This document shows positions 22,348 through 34,833 of a stretch of 64,000 bases of DNA, in pieces (the stretch's first letter is position 1; the number at the start of each line of letters is the position of its first letter). A model generated the notes under the pieces. The model searched no databases, was not told the DNA's origin, and was given only the letters and a program-made list of their open reading frames with translations. The DNA comes from Podarcis erhardii (lineage: Eukaryota): NCBI GenBank assembly GCA_964252035.1, contig OZ176200.1, one strand, 5' to 3'. The translations under genes were made by a program, and so were the position numbers.

Positions 22348-22698
22348 CCACCAAGCCACAGCAACCTGGAATGACATATGCCAGGAAATCAGGGGTTGCC
22401 AATCTGACCACTAAGACTTTCTCTGGCACCCCCAGGGTTCCAGTCCCCCCCCCCCCGCTCCACTGAAAAGAGACTTGGAAGATGCATTCTGTTGTAGCCA
22501 ATCTAATAGCTTGTGTTGAGTGCTTGGCTGCCGTGTGTGTGTGATGCCCATGATGGTTTCTTCTGCTTGCAGATGTACCCGTGGGCTCCAAAATGTCAGC
22601 AACCCCAGCTTTACCATTTGATCTTGCTGATTGTATAAGCCGACCTACAGAGTAAAAGGAGGAGAGAGGCTGTAGAGAGAACTATTCAGGTTCCAGGG

Positions 22699-22998
22699 CA
22701 GAGGTCGGCAACCTAAGGCTAAACCGGCGTAGTGCAGCATGGGGACTCTCTTCCGCGGCTCTGGAAATCGCATCTGCGCATGCCCAGATGCTGGAAATCG
22801 CATCTGCACATGTCCGTGGCGCTGAAAATCACTTCTGCACTGGTGTGATTTTCGACATCCAGGCATGTACAGAAGCAATTTCTGGCACCGCGGACATCCG
22901 CAGACACAATTTCCGGCATCGCACTGCGCCGGTCCGGCCCATGGAGGTTCTCAGCAGGAGTGATCCAACCCATGCCCGGTAAGCCTTGCCGACCTCTG
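22699..22998. mobile_element. hAT MITE (300 bp) with internal tandem repeats
   Basis: Perfect 13-bp terminal inverted repeat CAGAGGTCGGCAA / TTGCCGACCTCTG; flanks TTCCAGGG (22691-22698) and TTCCAGAG (22999-23006). Confidence 0.9.
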
Positions 22999-25216
22999 TT
23001 CCAGAGATGCTTGTAGAAAAGAACTTCCTTATACATGATAGCACCCAATTCAAATGCATAGCCACTGCAGCCCAGGCCGGCCTGTGTGGTGGGGCAGAGC
23101 CATGGTGTTGCCCTCTTGACCTGGGCAATGTTGCAGCTTCCTTGGATGAGACTGGAATCATGCATCCACAAGGGCAGGGCTGCACCAGTGTGCAGGCACA
23201 GCCAATTCAGCACTCACACTGGTTTGCCTCCACAATTCCTGCCTCATCCCTACCCTGACCCCATCCAGATAAGCTGTGGAAACAGTGGTGTCCATAGGGC
23301 ATCTCTTCCTACCACAAGGCCACTGTGGACAGTAATTGTGCTGCTCCATTAGAAGAGGCGAACTACACCGGCTCTCCCCACCTCTGAATATCTATTGCCA
23401 TTATTCTAATAGGACACCTGGCCCAGCATCTGGGTGCTTTGACCAGCTTGGTATATATCCCCTACAGCAGGACCAAACACATTATGGAGTCATTGCAAGC
23501 AACATTTCTTATGTCGTTTCCGATGAAAGATTTTCTTGCAAGATTCCACTGCTCCCAGGTTACGCTGAGTGTCACCATGAAAGAACACAAACTTCTTTCA
23601 GGGTTGTCTAGCTCATTCCTGGGGGAATGGGTGGGAACTTTAAACAGGGAAAAGGTAGTCAACTTTTTAAACAACAACAGGTATAGGGCATAGGCTGTTA
23701 CAACTCATAACAGTGTGTCCAAACTGCAGGACACTGGCTGTGTTTGGATGTAATACTAAGCCATGGTTTGTTGAACAAACCAGGATCACAGTACAATAAA
23801 CCGGTTTCTGGTTTTTAATGGTTTACCATGATATACTATTGCCCCCACTTCATTCTTCATCTGGCATGAGCAAGAGAAACAAGCAAGGATGCTGCGATTC
23901 AGCTTGGCTTCCTGATTACATCTTGTCCCTCATCATGTCACAATCTGGAATCCATAAGCCACCCGCAAACCATTGTTTAAGACTTGCAAATGACCGTGGC
24001 CTGTTAGTTAGCTACAAACCACGGTCCTGGGTTTGGACATAATGAGAAGCCAACCCTAACTGCGGGTTTATGGTATGTTTTACTTGTGTGAGGGGAAGAG
24101 TCAAGAGGGAGCAATCAGGCAGCAGACACCAACATCCTGCTCAGTCATGGCAAACCACAATAGGCCAGAAACTATGGTTTATCCTGATGTGCAAATGTGA
24201 CTGCTCAAACAAGCCATTGTCTCTTTCATCTAAGGTGGGTTAGTTGCCCCACTACCTCCTCTGTGAGAAGCCCTTTGCATCACCCATTATCACACCATTA
24301 GAGAAACAAGGCAGGTTACAGAGATAATTTGGCTTTCAGCATAATCCTGAGCAAAAAAAGAGGGGAGAAAGCACACTCCCTCCCCTATTTCTAGTCAATC
24401 CTCACAAAACCTTTGCAGCCCTCTTTGATAACCGTTACCTCTCAAACAAAAGGTCCTCCCCACTGTAACCACTTTTTCAATAGGAATAGTCCCACCGCCC
24501 CAGTACTAAACTTTCAGTGGCAGCAGAAGAAACAAGTGCTCAAAATGACTTGGGCCCTTGGAATATAAAAGGTGACAGGTGGGTTTTTTGCAGAACAAGG
24601 GTTTTTCATGGGAAGCAAGGGGAGGAGTGCTGGCCGTGGCTGAGAAGACGAGCACAGAAGAAAGCTTGTGGCAGGACTGCTGTGCTTGGTAGCACTTCAG
24701 AGAGAGGAGATGGGACAAAAACATGTAAGAGCAGATTACAGTTCCTTTTCTAGGAATTCCTGGGGCTTGTGGAAAGGGAGGTGATGAAACAGCGCAAAAG
24801 ACTATGATGAAGGACGTCCAACAGCAGGAAAGAGGGATGGCAGCATTAAACAAAATGCTCCCCAAAAGCAACAAAGAAATGTGAGCCTCAGTAAGGTGCA
24901 GAAGAACATGTTCAGATAGCTGAATTGCCGAACATGTTTGGGGAAGTGTCATGACTGTTGTTGTTTTTTAAGGTACTAACTAAGGGAAAGGACAGTTGCA
25001 ACTTGGCGTCAACCTCAGTGAGACATGAAACGCATGTATGACTGCATTTACCATTTAAGATTTAACTTGCCTGCCTGCCTGCACACACACACATGCCATG
25101 GTCCCAATGCAAAGTGGCAACTTTCCTCCCAAAGCCAATACAAACTTTCCCCTCCCCAGGCACCATCCCACTGACATTGATATATATAACACAAGGTATA
25201 CGTAATGCATTCACAC

Positions 25217-25457
25217 ATACACTCACAACCACAATCCGTTCCGGAGGCCCATCCAGAAGTTGAAATGGGTCTCTGGGAGAGGTGCCGTTGTGTGCAGGCG
25301 TGGGTGGCAATTGCCCGCTCCTATGCATGCGCGAATGGCGATCGCTGCTCCAGCGCATGCGCGAATGACGGCAAACCCACCAGTTACTTCCGGGTTTGCC
25401 ACGGACGTTGGGCAAAATGGACGCGAGTGGAGGTGGATGTAAGAAGAGGTTTGACTG
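25217..25457. mobile_element. CpG-rich Tigger-like MITE, left end degraded
   Basis: Right terminus AGGTTTGACTG followed by TA; internal AATCCGTTCCGG; left boundary uncertain. Confidence 0.5.
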
Positions 25458-28400
25458 TATTGTATGTTCCAGACCATCACCCGTTTATCAAAAGGTGTTT
25501 CCAATAATCATTTAGCTTGAGCCACTCCAGTTTACCTGAAAATAAACCACACTGACCTTAGGTATTTACTCTCAAGGAGCTTGAGCAGCTTGAGCTGACC
25601 TCTTGGTTCACCTTCCTTTGGTGCTTTTTGCATCCACAGAATCCAAGATCTGAGAAATGAAGTTACTAGTGATTTCAAGCAGTTTTCATATTTCTAATGG
25701 GAATGTCTTTCTTAAGACAGGTTAGATGTGTGAATGTGGAAGCTGTTATTCATGTGCCCAAAATGGTATCCTCAACAGTCACCAGTCTTGCAAGTAATTC
25801 TTCTTATGGTCATAATGGTTTCCTAGAGCTTGCCTTCCACCAGGGTAAAACATGGCTCGCTTCAGAGATGTTGCACGTCAGGGAGAAGTTTGGACTGGAA
25901 TACAGCCAGCATCTCTTCTCACAGTGGCCAACCAGATTCCCATGGGTAGCAAACAATCAGGACCTGTGCGCATCAAATAATCTCCCCTCCCACGGTTTCT
26001 AGCAGCAGGTATTCAACCTCTAGAAGTGGAGGTGGAACATAGTCATCAGGGTTTAGTGGCCACCTCAGTTCTACAGATGCCAAATGCCTGCTATCTCTCT
26101 TCCCTCCTCCCTCCGTCCCCTGCCTTTCTGATAGTGCAAGCATCATGTCGATCATACTGTCATGTGATCTGGGCATCTGTATCATGTGTGGTGCTGTACT
26201 TGCTCCTCCACCATGCAAAAATTCGCTAGCTGGTAAAGATCTGAACTGGAACCATCACAGCTCATTCTGCTGTAATGCAGATGCAGGCCATGCTGAGTTA
26301 ACTTGAGAATGGCTGTGCAAGCAGCTCTGGTGCCAGGTCCATGCCAGAGAAACCCACAATTGAAACGCCCCAAACCTAAGCCCCAGGGCGACAGGTCCAC
26401 TTTTCTCTAGGCAATCTGCCAGCTGCTGTTCTTGTTGTTTTCCCCAAAACTTTAGTATAAAGGAGGGAGATTTGGAATGCACACATGAATCGCTAGAAAG
26501 TTAGTTGCACTTCAGGGCCATAGCACAGCTCGCTGAGGCTCCGGGAATCTCATTTGTTTAGCATCTTCGCCACATGGACTCCCATGCAAATCCTGTTTGC
26601 ATTTCCCTGCCTTTCATCTCGTTGCATTCAGAACAGCTCAATGCTCATGTGCCCATGCAAATGGCTTTTTGAATTATTTCCACGATGTAAGTTTGGCAAG
26701 CGAAAAAAAAACATTTGTAAAAAAAAGAAATAAATCGCAAGGAATTATTGATCGGCTTTCACAGAAGCTGCAACAAAACAGCCAGAATTTCACATAAAAC
26801 CTGGGAGAGAGATTGTACAGAATCTTTATAACGGTGTACATAAATATATATGTGTGTGTTGAATAAGGCCCTCCTGCCGTGACCCACATTCTTAGGTGCA
26901 AAGGAATGATTTCCTTTTTTAAAAAAAAGTGGAATAAAAATGCAATCATGAATTTTGTGTGAACACTGCAAATTTGCTTAATAGAAACAAGTATTGAAGA
27001 CCAGACCTGCCACTGAATAATCGCTGCAGCTCTGAAGAATGGAAACGGGGGGAGGAACCTTTTGATGGTGCTGTACTCATCACTTGGCATAAATATTCAT
27101 TCACGGAATCAGAGCCGGGTAAATGGCATTTAGTATTAGCAGATAGCCTTTTTGCTGATAAAGATAACCACCTCTTAATCAGTTTAGTGACCACTGGCCT
27201 ATTGTGAGGCATTTAAGCTTTTGAATCAGACCCTGCATTGAGAACAAGTTAATCCCTGCCCCTGGTGCTTGAACCTTAATGAATCTTACTTTTGAGTCCA
27301 TTTATAGATGCTGCTGGATGCAGCAAAAAGGGGGGGAAAGTGCATGCTGCTCAACTTCTGAGGCCTGGTTCACGTGGCCATGTGGTTCTAGAAACAAACT
27401 ATGCAGAGGCAGAGGGAGAGGGAGAGAGAGAGAGATGTAACTTCTAGAGGTCTAGAAAGGCAAAACAGGAGTTACTTATCAAGGCATAGGTACCACAAAA
27501 TTCGGATTGATCTGGTAAATAGGAAATCAGATGGCACATACCGTCAGGTGTTCAGCTGGGGGTCTTTCTCAGCCCTACCTAAAGATGCTGGCGATTTTAC
27601 CGAACCTGGAATTTTTTGAACGCAAAGCATTACTCTGTCACTGAACAATGGCCTTTCTACTTGCAGGGATTTTCACCTTTCCCCTGCACCATGAAAATCT
27701 GTTCTGGACTGGTAAAGCCTTAGCTGTTAATAGATCATGAACATCCACTCATGTTTTGTAAATTTAGAAACCACAAGAATTCTAGGACTGACCAACGCTT
27801 CAGTGATGCAGGAGGAAGTCCCTGCCTGACCGGATTCCGGTAAAAACAAAAAAGAAGATCCCGTAAAAGTAGGGTTTGTCTGCACCCGAAGCTGAACAGT
27901 GATCAACTGTGATCATTGTATTAGAAAGTGTTTAGTCTTATTTTAATTCAGGCTTACACTATTTTGGAATAACCAAAGCTGTCTTCTCCCACCGAATCCC
28001 TAATGCTGTGGGGATTGTTCTGCCAATGCTGACTTCATTTCCATTCTACCTCTTTCGCTTCCCGGTACATCTGTATTTCAGAGAGCCGCTGCTGCCGCCG
28101 CTGCCACAACCACCTTTTTCCTCGACTGCATTCCTTTCATTGGCCAGGCCAGCTCCAGGCAATCTTAACTCTCGCGAATTCATATCTTTCCAAAGAAGTT
28201 AATCTAATATTAACAGCAATTTGTTACCGTGCTATTAGCTTAATTTGAATTACAAAAAGCTGCTGCATTTGCAGCTCAACTCTGAGCCGTTCATTTGTAA
28301 GCTTTATCCAGCCTCTGTGCTGTTAACGATCACTCACTTTGCTGAGAGCGATACGCCAAAAAAAAGAAAAGAAAAGAAGGGGGGGAAAGGAGGAGGTGGG

Positions 28401-29523
28401 GGGTAGAAGAAGAATCTCTTTGCCACGACGGCTGGCTGTAGCAAGTTACATATGGCAGACAGGGGAAGCATAATGAGAAGTGTTCACTAATTGGCTGGGT
28501 GGTGAAAGATAGTCTGAAGAACTCTTTCAGCGATAAGGGCTACAGAATGAAGATCTGTGCATGTCCTGGAAATGGGAGAGTCCGCCGAATACAAATACAA
28601 TACTGTTCTTCCAGTAATACCGCTAAAGAGTAGACAGCAGTTTTCCCTTGTGGCAAATGTATACAGTAAATGTCTTTAGTATGGAAATAAGCAGACATAT
28701 GGGCACAACAGCAGACATTTCTAATACCAACAGATTCCTGACGCATTTAGATGCTGCTTCCACGCTCTTCGTCAACATGTGCATTAGGGTTTTCCGAGAT
28801 TTATCTACTGCCAAAGTAAGTATCTGTCTTTTTGCCGGCAAATTCTTGTAAGAGTAGGGAGGGGAAAGGAAGAGGAATGCTGATGAACGCAATGAGGAAA
28901 TCTTTGCCCCCTCCTCGGCACTTACACACACACACCTTCCCAGCTTCGCTATGCTTAGCTCAGATCTCCAACTGAGGAGGGCTGGGATGTAATTGGATGG
29001 AGGTCCTCCAAACGAAAGCTCGGCAGCAGATAAAATGCTGACAGCAGTTCAGTCCCTTCGGCAGTAAGCCGCAGTCTGCCACTCTATAAAAGGGAATGGT
29101 CCTGGTAATTCTGGGCTAATTGTTGGCCATGATGGGCATTGACCTGATCAGATCTGAGGCTGAATTTGCTGAGTCACTTTTTAATGGGGACAGGATGTTC
29201 CAAATGTCTGTTTGGTGTTCTCATCCACTACCGAATAACATCTTTTCTTGGGAGACTTTCAGAGTGGTCCACATACTGAGCTTATCTTGACCCTGTTGGA
29301 GTGGTGGGCCAGTTCAGATGGGAAAGTGTTTAAGATGAAATCTGTGTCAAGGTCATTGATTGAAGATGTAAATCAAGTTTAATATATGTTTGGCTTGCAA
29401 CATGCTTCGGAAAGAAAAGTGCTGAAATGTGTGAGGCATTTTAAATATATATGGTATTAAACCCACGAAAATGGCATTGCAGCTCCTTCAGAGTTCTGAA
29501 GGGTGCAACTATTGGTTTTTTTT

Positions 29524-29683
29524 AAAAAAAAATGTTTAGGGGTATTTTCATTTTGACTCAAGAAAATCACCATTTTACAGTTCAAATCGGGGGAAATAGA
29601 TACAGTAAATGGACAAAAGTACAAAGATTCACAAAATGTTTAGGGGTATGCGTACCCCTGCATACCCCCAGAAAAAAGCACTG
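29524..29683. mobile_element. hAT-like non-autonomous element fragment
   Basis: Reverse complement of 39670-39810; ends AGAAAAAAGCACTG; contains two AATGTTTAGGGGTA motifs. Confidence 0.7.
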
Positions 29684-30180
29684 GGTTCAACTGAATAGCA
29701 ACTTCCTCACTGTGTCTACCACATGTTAAAACCTGAAGCATCGAGTGGTGAAGAACTTCCATGTGTTCTTTAGCCATCAAAGGCTCATCAATAGAATAGT
29801 GATATCTCCAGATGTCAATTCAAGCATAATAGCGTTCAAAGGAAACATGTCCCAGCTTTTGCCCAGCACAGAAGCTCTTACATTTAAGTAAGGAAGAGAG
29901 ATTTATTCTGGCAAAAAACAGCACTGGCTCAGCAGCAGACATAGAGTTTAGGAATCATGATTCTGGAGTTTAGGAATCAGGCAAAAAGTTTAGAACTAGT
30001 TAGAAGCGGCAAAGGTGTCCCATCCCTTTCCATATGGTTCCACAGCTCCCCCCAGCCTCCACCAGGCCTCTCTATTTAACTGAAAGGTCAGGCGGAGAAG
30101 GCACCCCTTCTCCTGCTTCCAAAATGGCTGAAGTTGGGGCACAATGGGGAATCTCCTTACCACCACCAACCCCAGTTCCC

Positions 30181-30318
30181 NNNNNNNNNNNNNNNNNNNN
30201 NNNNNNNNNNNNNNNNNNNNNNNNNNNNNNNNNNNNNNNNNNNNNNNNNNNNNNNNNNNNNNNNNNNNNNNNNNNNNNNNNNNNNNNNNNNNNNNNNNNN
30301 NNNNNNNNNNNNNNNNNN
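30181..30318. other. Assembly gap (138 N)
   Basis: Run of N. Confidence 1.
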
Positions 30319-31633
30319 AACTCAGTCTTGACTCTACTGTCAGGCCCATGACAAAGACAATACAATGGTCCATGGGCTCATCTCATGTATGAACCAATCC
30401 ATGGAATCATAGGTACAAAAATGTCATTCAATCCAATCCTCTACCCTCAATATAGGGCTGTCCATCAGTTCACCACAGATCAATCACACAGTCCTGGGCT
30501 CAGTGTTCTATACAGAGAGAGAAGCTCGCCTGAGTGCTTGATAGAGTAGCCTGACTTGCCTGAGAAAGACGCAAGCTATTGTGCTATTGTGGGCTCGGTA
30601 ATGATGAGCCCTGTTAAAAAATGTTGTCTATCTTCCACTTCTCCCTAAGTCTTAACATGCCTATTGCAGTATTTCCTCTCTGACCTAGAACTGTTTCCAG
30701 AAGATACCGTGAGGTGCTGAATTGATTTTGTGGGCATTACACCGATGTGAAATTATGAATGGGGCCCAAGAAGGTCCACCAAGATAGCTTCATTAGATTC
30801 TGCTTAATGAACTCTTACCTTCTCCTTGACATAGTTTTTCTGGTATGTATGTCGACATTATTCCTCTATCAATGCTACATTGACTTTGGTTTTGAACTCA
30901 TACCCAACTTCACACTCTGCTATAATGCTGTCAACTCACATTTTGTCACATTAAATACAGTAAAACCATTCAGATCAAATGTTGGGGTTTTTTTGGAAGC
31001 TAGTTGACATTTGTCATTTCTCCATTTTTCACAACTGCCAAGTTTTCCTTTCAGTGCCACTGACTTTTAATTTTTTCCGTCTATAACTTTTACTTTGTTC
31101 TCAGTTTAATTTACCACAGACATGCTTTTCTTTTCTTTCAACATTTATTTCTTCAACATGAATTGTTTTCCTAGCTCTCCTATAATTTCTGACTAGATTA
31201 TCGTCATGTTATAAGCCATGAGTTTCTTGGTTGTTTTTGCTGTAAGAGGCTGCCTCTCCAGAGTTTTTGTCTTTCTTAATGAACACCCAAGAAGTCTTTG
31301 AAACATCTGTTAGATTTCTGTCAGTATATCTTATCATGGCTGTGCTAGCTGGAGCTGATGAGATATCTGCTGCAAAACAGCCGACGGGCACCAGGTTAGC
31401 AAACACTGCCTCATCAGGGATCCAATTTCCTTTAAAAGTAAGTAGCATGCATTTCTCAAATATAGAACATAACTCTATTGGATCTACCTTGGGAGATAGT
31501 ACTGAGGGTGTTTATATTCTCCTATGAATATTGGCATGGAGAAGTCCCAGGTTAATCTGTTACCTACTTCTGGCTTTAATATTAACAAATCTTTTAAATA
31601 ATATATTGGAACAATTTGATTTGATTATTTGAT

Positions 31634-31817
31634 TGCCTTATTTACACGAATCTAATGCGCACTCAATTTTCAAAACCTTGAAACCAAAAACAATTTGCTA
31701 TATCAGTGGTGTTTATCAAGTTTACAATCAAACCTAATGTGCCACCAAATCTAATGCACACCCTAATTTTCACAACATAATTTGGCCAAAAAAAGGTGTG
31801 TTTGAGTAAATACAGTA
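31634..31817. mobile_element. Degenerate Tc1/mariner (Tigger-like) MITE
   Basis: TATTTACACGAAT at the left and TTGAGTAAATACAGTA at the right; internal duplication ATCTAATGCGCAC / ATCTAATGCACAC. Confidence 0.45.
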
Positions 31818-32229
31818 TTTAATTTCTATACCACCTAGTATAGGAAAAATATCTTTTCACCTGGAATACATAGGCCATTCATCTTAAAAGGCTGATCCTA
31901 AAGGTGCAATAGAAATCCTGGAGGGTAGTCTTATGTGTGTTACAGACCACTTATGAAACCAGGCCATAATATGAGGACGCATGAATCAACCACCTTTTTG
32001 CTAGTAAGCAAGTCTCAATCAAGTCAGTGCCTATATAGGAGATCCCCTGGGAATACCATCTTCATTTCTCTAGTAAAATAAAGGTGGGCTACATATGTTG
32101 TAAATAAACCAGGGTTTGCTATGGGCACCAGTCACAAAATGGTTGCTCTGGGGCCTTGTAAGAGAGGCTGCGCTAGTGCAAACAGGAACTGAGCAGGAGC
32201 AGCAAAGAGCTTCTAAACTAGTGCATTGT

Positions 32230-32472
32230 GGATAGATAGATAAACTTTATTTGCATTAGCCAACGGCCATAGCATCATAAAACAAGCAATATATACAATT
32301 AAAAAGACAACAATGGGTAAAAAGGGCAATCAAATGACCAAGATTATCGTCCAGATAGTGGCCCTTAATCTCATTGCACCTTCGACAAACCTAGCAACCT
32401 TTGCTGTTGTCTGATCATTTTGATCTGATAAAAGAAAGGACAGTGTGGACGCAGATGGGCGGCCTGGGATGG
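32230..32472 (-). mobile_element. Non-LTR retrotransposon 3' end (clade uncertain) with (ATCT)n tail
   Basis: The minus strand is open as IPGRPSASTLSFLLSDQNDQTTAKVARFVEGAMRLRATIWTIILVI*, followed by AATAAA and ATCTATCTATCC. Confidence 0.55.
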
Positions 32473-32794
32473 TAAGTAAGAGTGGGGTATGATCTAATTC
32501 CTCAGATCTTTATAAAGGGGGCAGGACAGGAGAACATGCGCCACTGTTTCCAGATTGCCATCTCCACATGGGCAGAGTCATTTCTCAGTTGGAATCTTTT
32601 GGTATCTGCCCTCAAGTACGGCAGAGGGCATCACACTGGCCAGATTGGATGTGTGTTGTGCATTATTGAGGGGATCTTGACTGAAACCTCACAAATAATA
32701 TACCTTACTAAAGTGATACCTCGATATCAAGGAACAGATCGCCTTCAAGTGCAAGGAGGAGCTCACATGAGTTAATGATCCACTATTCCAACAT

Positions 32795-33140
32795 GCTGGT
32801 GGTGCTGTGGGTTAAACCACAGAGCCTAGGACTTGCTGATCAGAAGGTCGGCGGTTTGAATCCCCACAATGGGGTGAGCTCCCGTTGCTCGGTCCCAGCT
32901 CCTGCCAACCTAGCAGTTCAAAAGCACATCAAAGTGAAAGTAGATAAATAGGTACCACTCCGGCGGGAAGGTAAACGGCGTTTCTGTGCGCTGCTCTGGT
33001 TCGCCAGAAGTGGCTTAGTCATGTTGGCCACATGACCCAGAAGTTGTACGCCAGCTCCCTCGGCCAATAAAGCGAGATGAGCGCTGCAACCCCAGAGTCG
33101 CCCACGACTGGACCTAATGGTCAGGGGTCCCTTTACCTTT
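32795..33140 (+). mobile_element. Sauria SINE, nearly full length
   Basis: GGTGCTGTGGGTTAAACCACAGAGCCTAGG...GGTTTGAATCCCC...CCCTTTACCTTT; 13-bp flanks ACTATTCCAACAT (32782-32794) and ACTATTGCAACAT (33141-33153). Confidence 0.95.
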
Positions 33141-34169
33141 ACTATTGCAACATAAACCATTGCACATAGAAAACAAGATGTGAATGGGAGCAATTCTAGT
33201 CTAGCTTTCCCCAGAACATGCTAGTTTTCTGTCTTGGGGGAAAACATTATATGGAATATAGCAGCATGCAATCAAGAATGCCCCCACCAGTAGTTTAAGT
33301 GGTGTGGTCCAGGCTCACCTCAGTGAGAAGCAATCCATCATTTTCTGACAGGGTATAATAGCTCAATGGGTATAGCATTGAGCAGATGCAGCAACAGATG
33401 CAGCAGCAAATGCAGGATTTCTCCTTGGCTCACAGCGATTGCAGTTACAGGTCAGGAGTTGGCAAAACACAAGTTCACCAGAAGGTTCGGCTAAAGCTCA
33501 TTGTCCCCCTCAAAGGTGATAGTGAAAATTCAGCATATAACTTGTTCTGAAATACAGACAAGGTTGGGGACCTTAATTCTTAAAGGTAAATGGAAGTCAG
33601 ACTAACTAAATATTTTAAAGACAAATACCATCAACCCATTTTTCAAGCAATTAACAGATTTTACCTTCATTTAAAGATGAAAGTTAATGAGGAGATGACC
33701 CACTTTAACAGGCTGCAGCAGCAGAGCAGAGCAAACTAGATAAGGTGGTCCAAACCAAACAGAATCGGCACACACAGCAAAGCATTAAATATTTAAACAC
33801 CATTTTGGGGAGCGGAGGCAACTCTAGTCCACTTGCCTGCTTTCTTCTTCAGCTGCTTTCGCTCGGCCTATGATGATGCTCTTATTAATCTAAAAAAGTT
33901 CCTTGAGCAAATAATTCCTTTCCCCCCAATCTGCAGGGTAATAGCAGTAGATGGATATCTCCCTCCCAGACAGCATGAAGTGGCATTTCATTATGGCTGG
34001 ACATCCAGCGAAACTGAATTTTGGAAGATTCAGGATGGATTTTTAAAAAGCACTTCTTCATGCAGCACTATGGAACTTTCTCCCCTGGGAAGCAGTGATG
34101 GCCACCAACTTGGATGGCTTTAAGAGGGGATTTGACATTTTCCTTTCTTTTGAATAACCTAAAAATGTT

Positions 34170-34570
34170 ATTTATTTAAGCTGCTACTGCTACTGTTAGC
34201 CCCAAAATGGAAAACGAGCGAGGTCCCAACGAAAGAAGAATGGCAACTCAAACTGATGGAATATGCGCAGCTTGCAGACCTAACATATAGAATAAGAGAA
34301 CAAGAAGATTGGGAAATGTTTATAGAATATATGGAGAGGATGATAGTATACACTTGAAAACGTCGGCAGCATTAAGATAAATTCAACAGTGTAACTAAGT
34401 TTTGATGGATGTAAAAATGGAATGCTGAATGGTTTAGTTTATGTAAAATATGCAGGGATTTATTTTATGCAAAATGAACCATGGAAAAGAGAAGAAGGGA
34501 AGTCGTTGATGTTTTAAGGTTGTTTAAATGAATATTCTAAATTGTAAAACAGAAAATTTAATAAAAATTA
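34170..34570 (+). mobile_element. L1-type LINE 3' end (ORF2 C-terminus and 3' UTR)
   Basis: Translates LAPKWKTSEVPTKEEWQLKLMEYAQLADLTYRIREQEDWEMFIEYMER, which resembles reptile L1 ORF2 C-termini from recall; ends in AATAAA. Confidence 0.6.
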
Positions 34571-34594
34571 GAGAGGGGCGGGGAGAGAAAGAGA

Positions 34595-34833
34595 GAGGCA
34601 GGGTTTGACAAGTTCATGGAGGGCAAGACTACCAATGGCTGCTAGTCATGATGACTTTGCTCTGCTTCCATGGCTTGACTGCCAGTTGCTGGAAACCCCA
34701 GGAGGAATGAGCATTCTCTGCTCAGGTCCTGCTTGCAGGTTTCCCACAAGCATCTGGTTGGGCCCTTTGGGGTTGCTGGACTAGATGAGCCAATGGCTTG
34801 ATCCAGCAGGCTCTTCTTACAGTCTTATGTTCT
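34595..34833 (+). mobile_element. CR1 LINE 3' end fragment
   Basis: GACAAGTTCATGGAGG...GGACTAGATGAGCCAATGGCTTGATCCAGCAGGCTCTTCTTACAGTCTTATGTTCT. Confidence 0.7.

Noticed and set aside
22740-22850. Short spaced repeats as a CRISPR-like array
   Set aside because: They are tandem units inside a MITE in a vertebrate genome, with no unique spacers and no cas genes.
23733-24200. Degenerate AAACCATGGTTT-type palindromic repeats as a Harbinger-like MITE
   Set aside because: They are repeat-like, but I could not fix termini or a TSD, so they are not listed as a feature.
27141-27167. The GATA cluster as the orthologue of the human neuroblastoma-risk GATA site in LMO1
   Set aside because: That site is in the first intron of LMO1, whereas this cluster is downstream of the gene.
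31209-31527. Overlapping ORFs (79 aa minus, 86 aa plus) as an exon or processed pseudogene
   Set aside because: There is no recognisable homology, an in-frame stop lies shortly upstream of the minus-strand frame, and there is no poly(A) tail or TSD.
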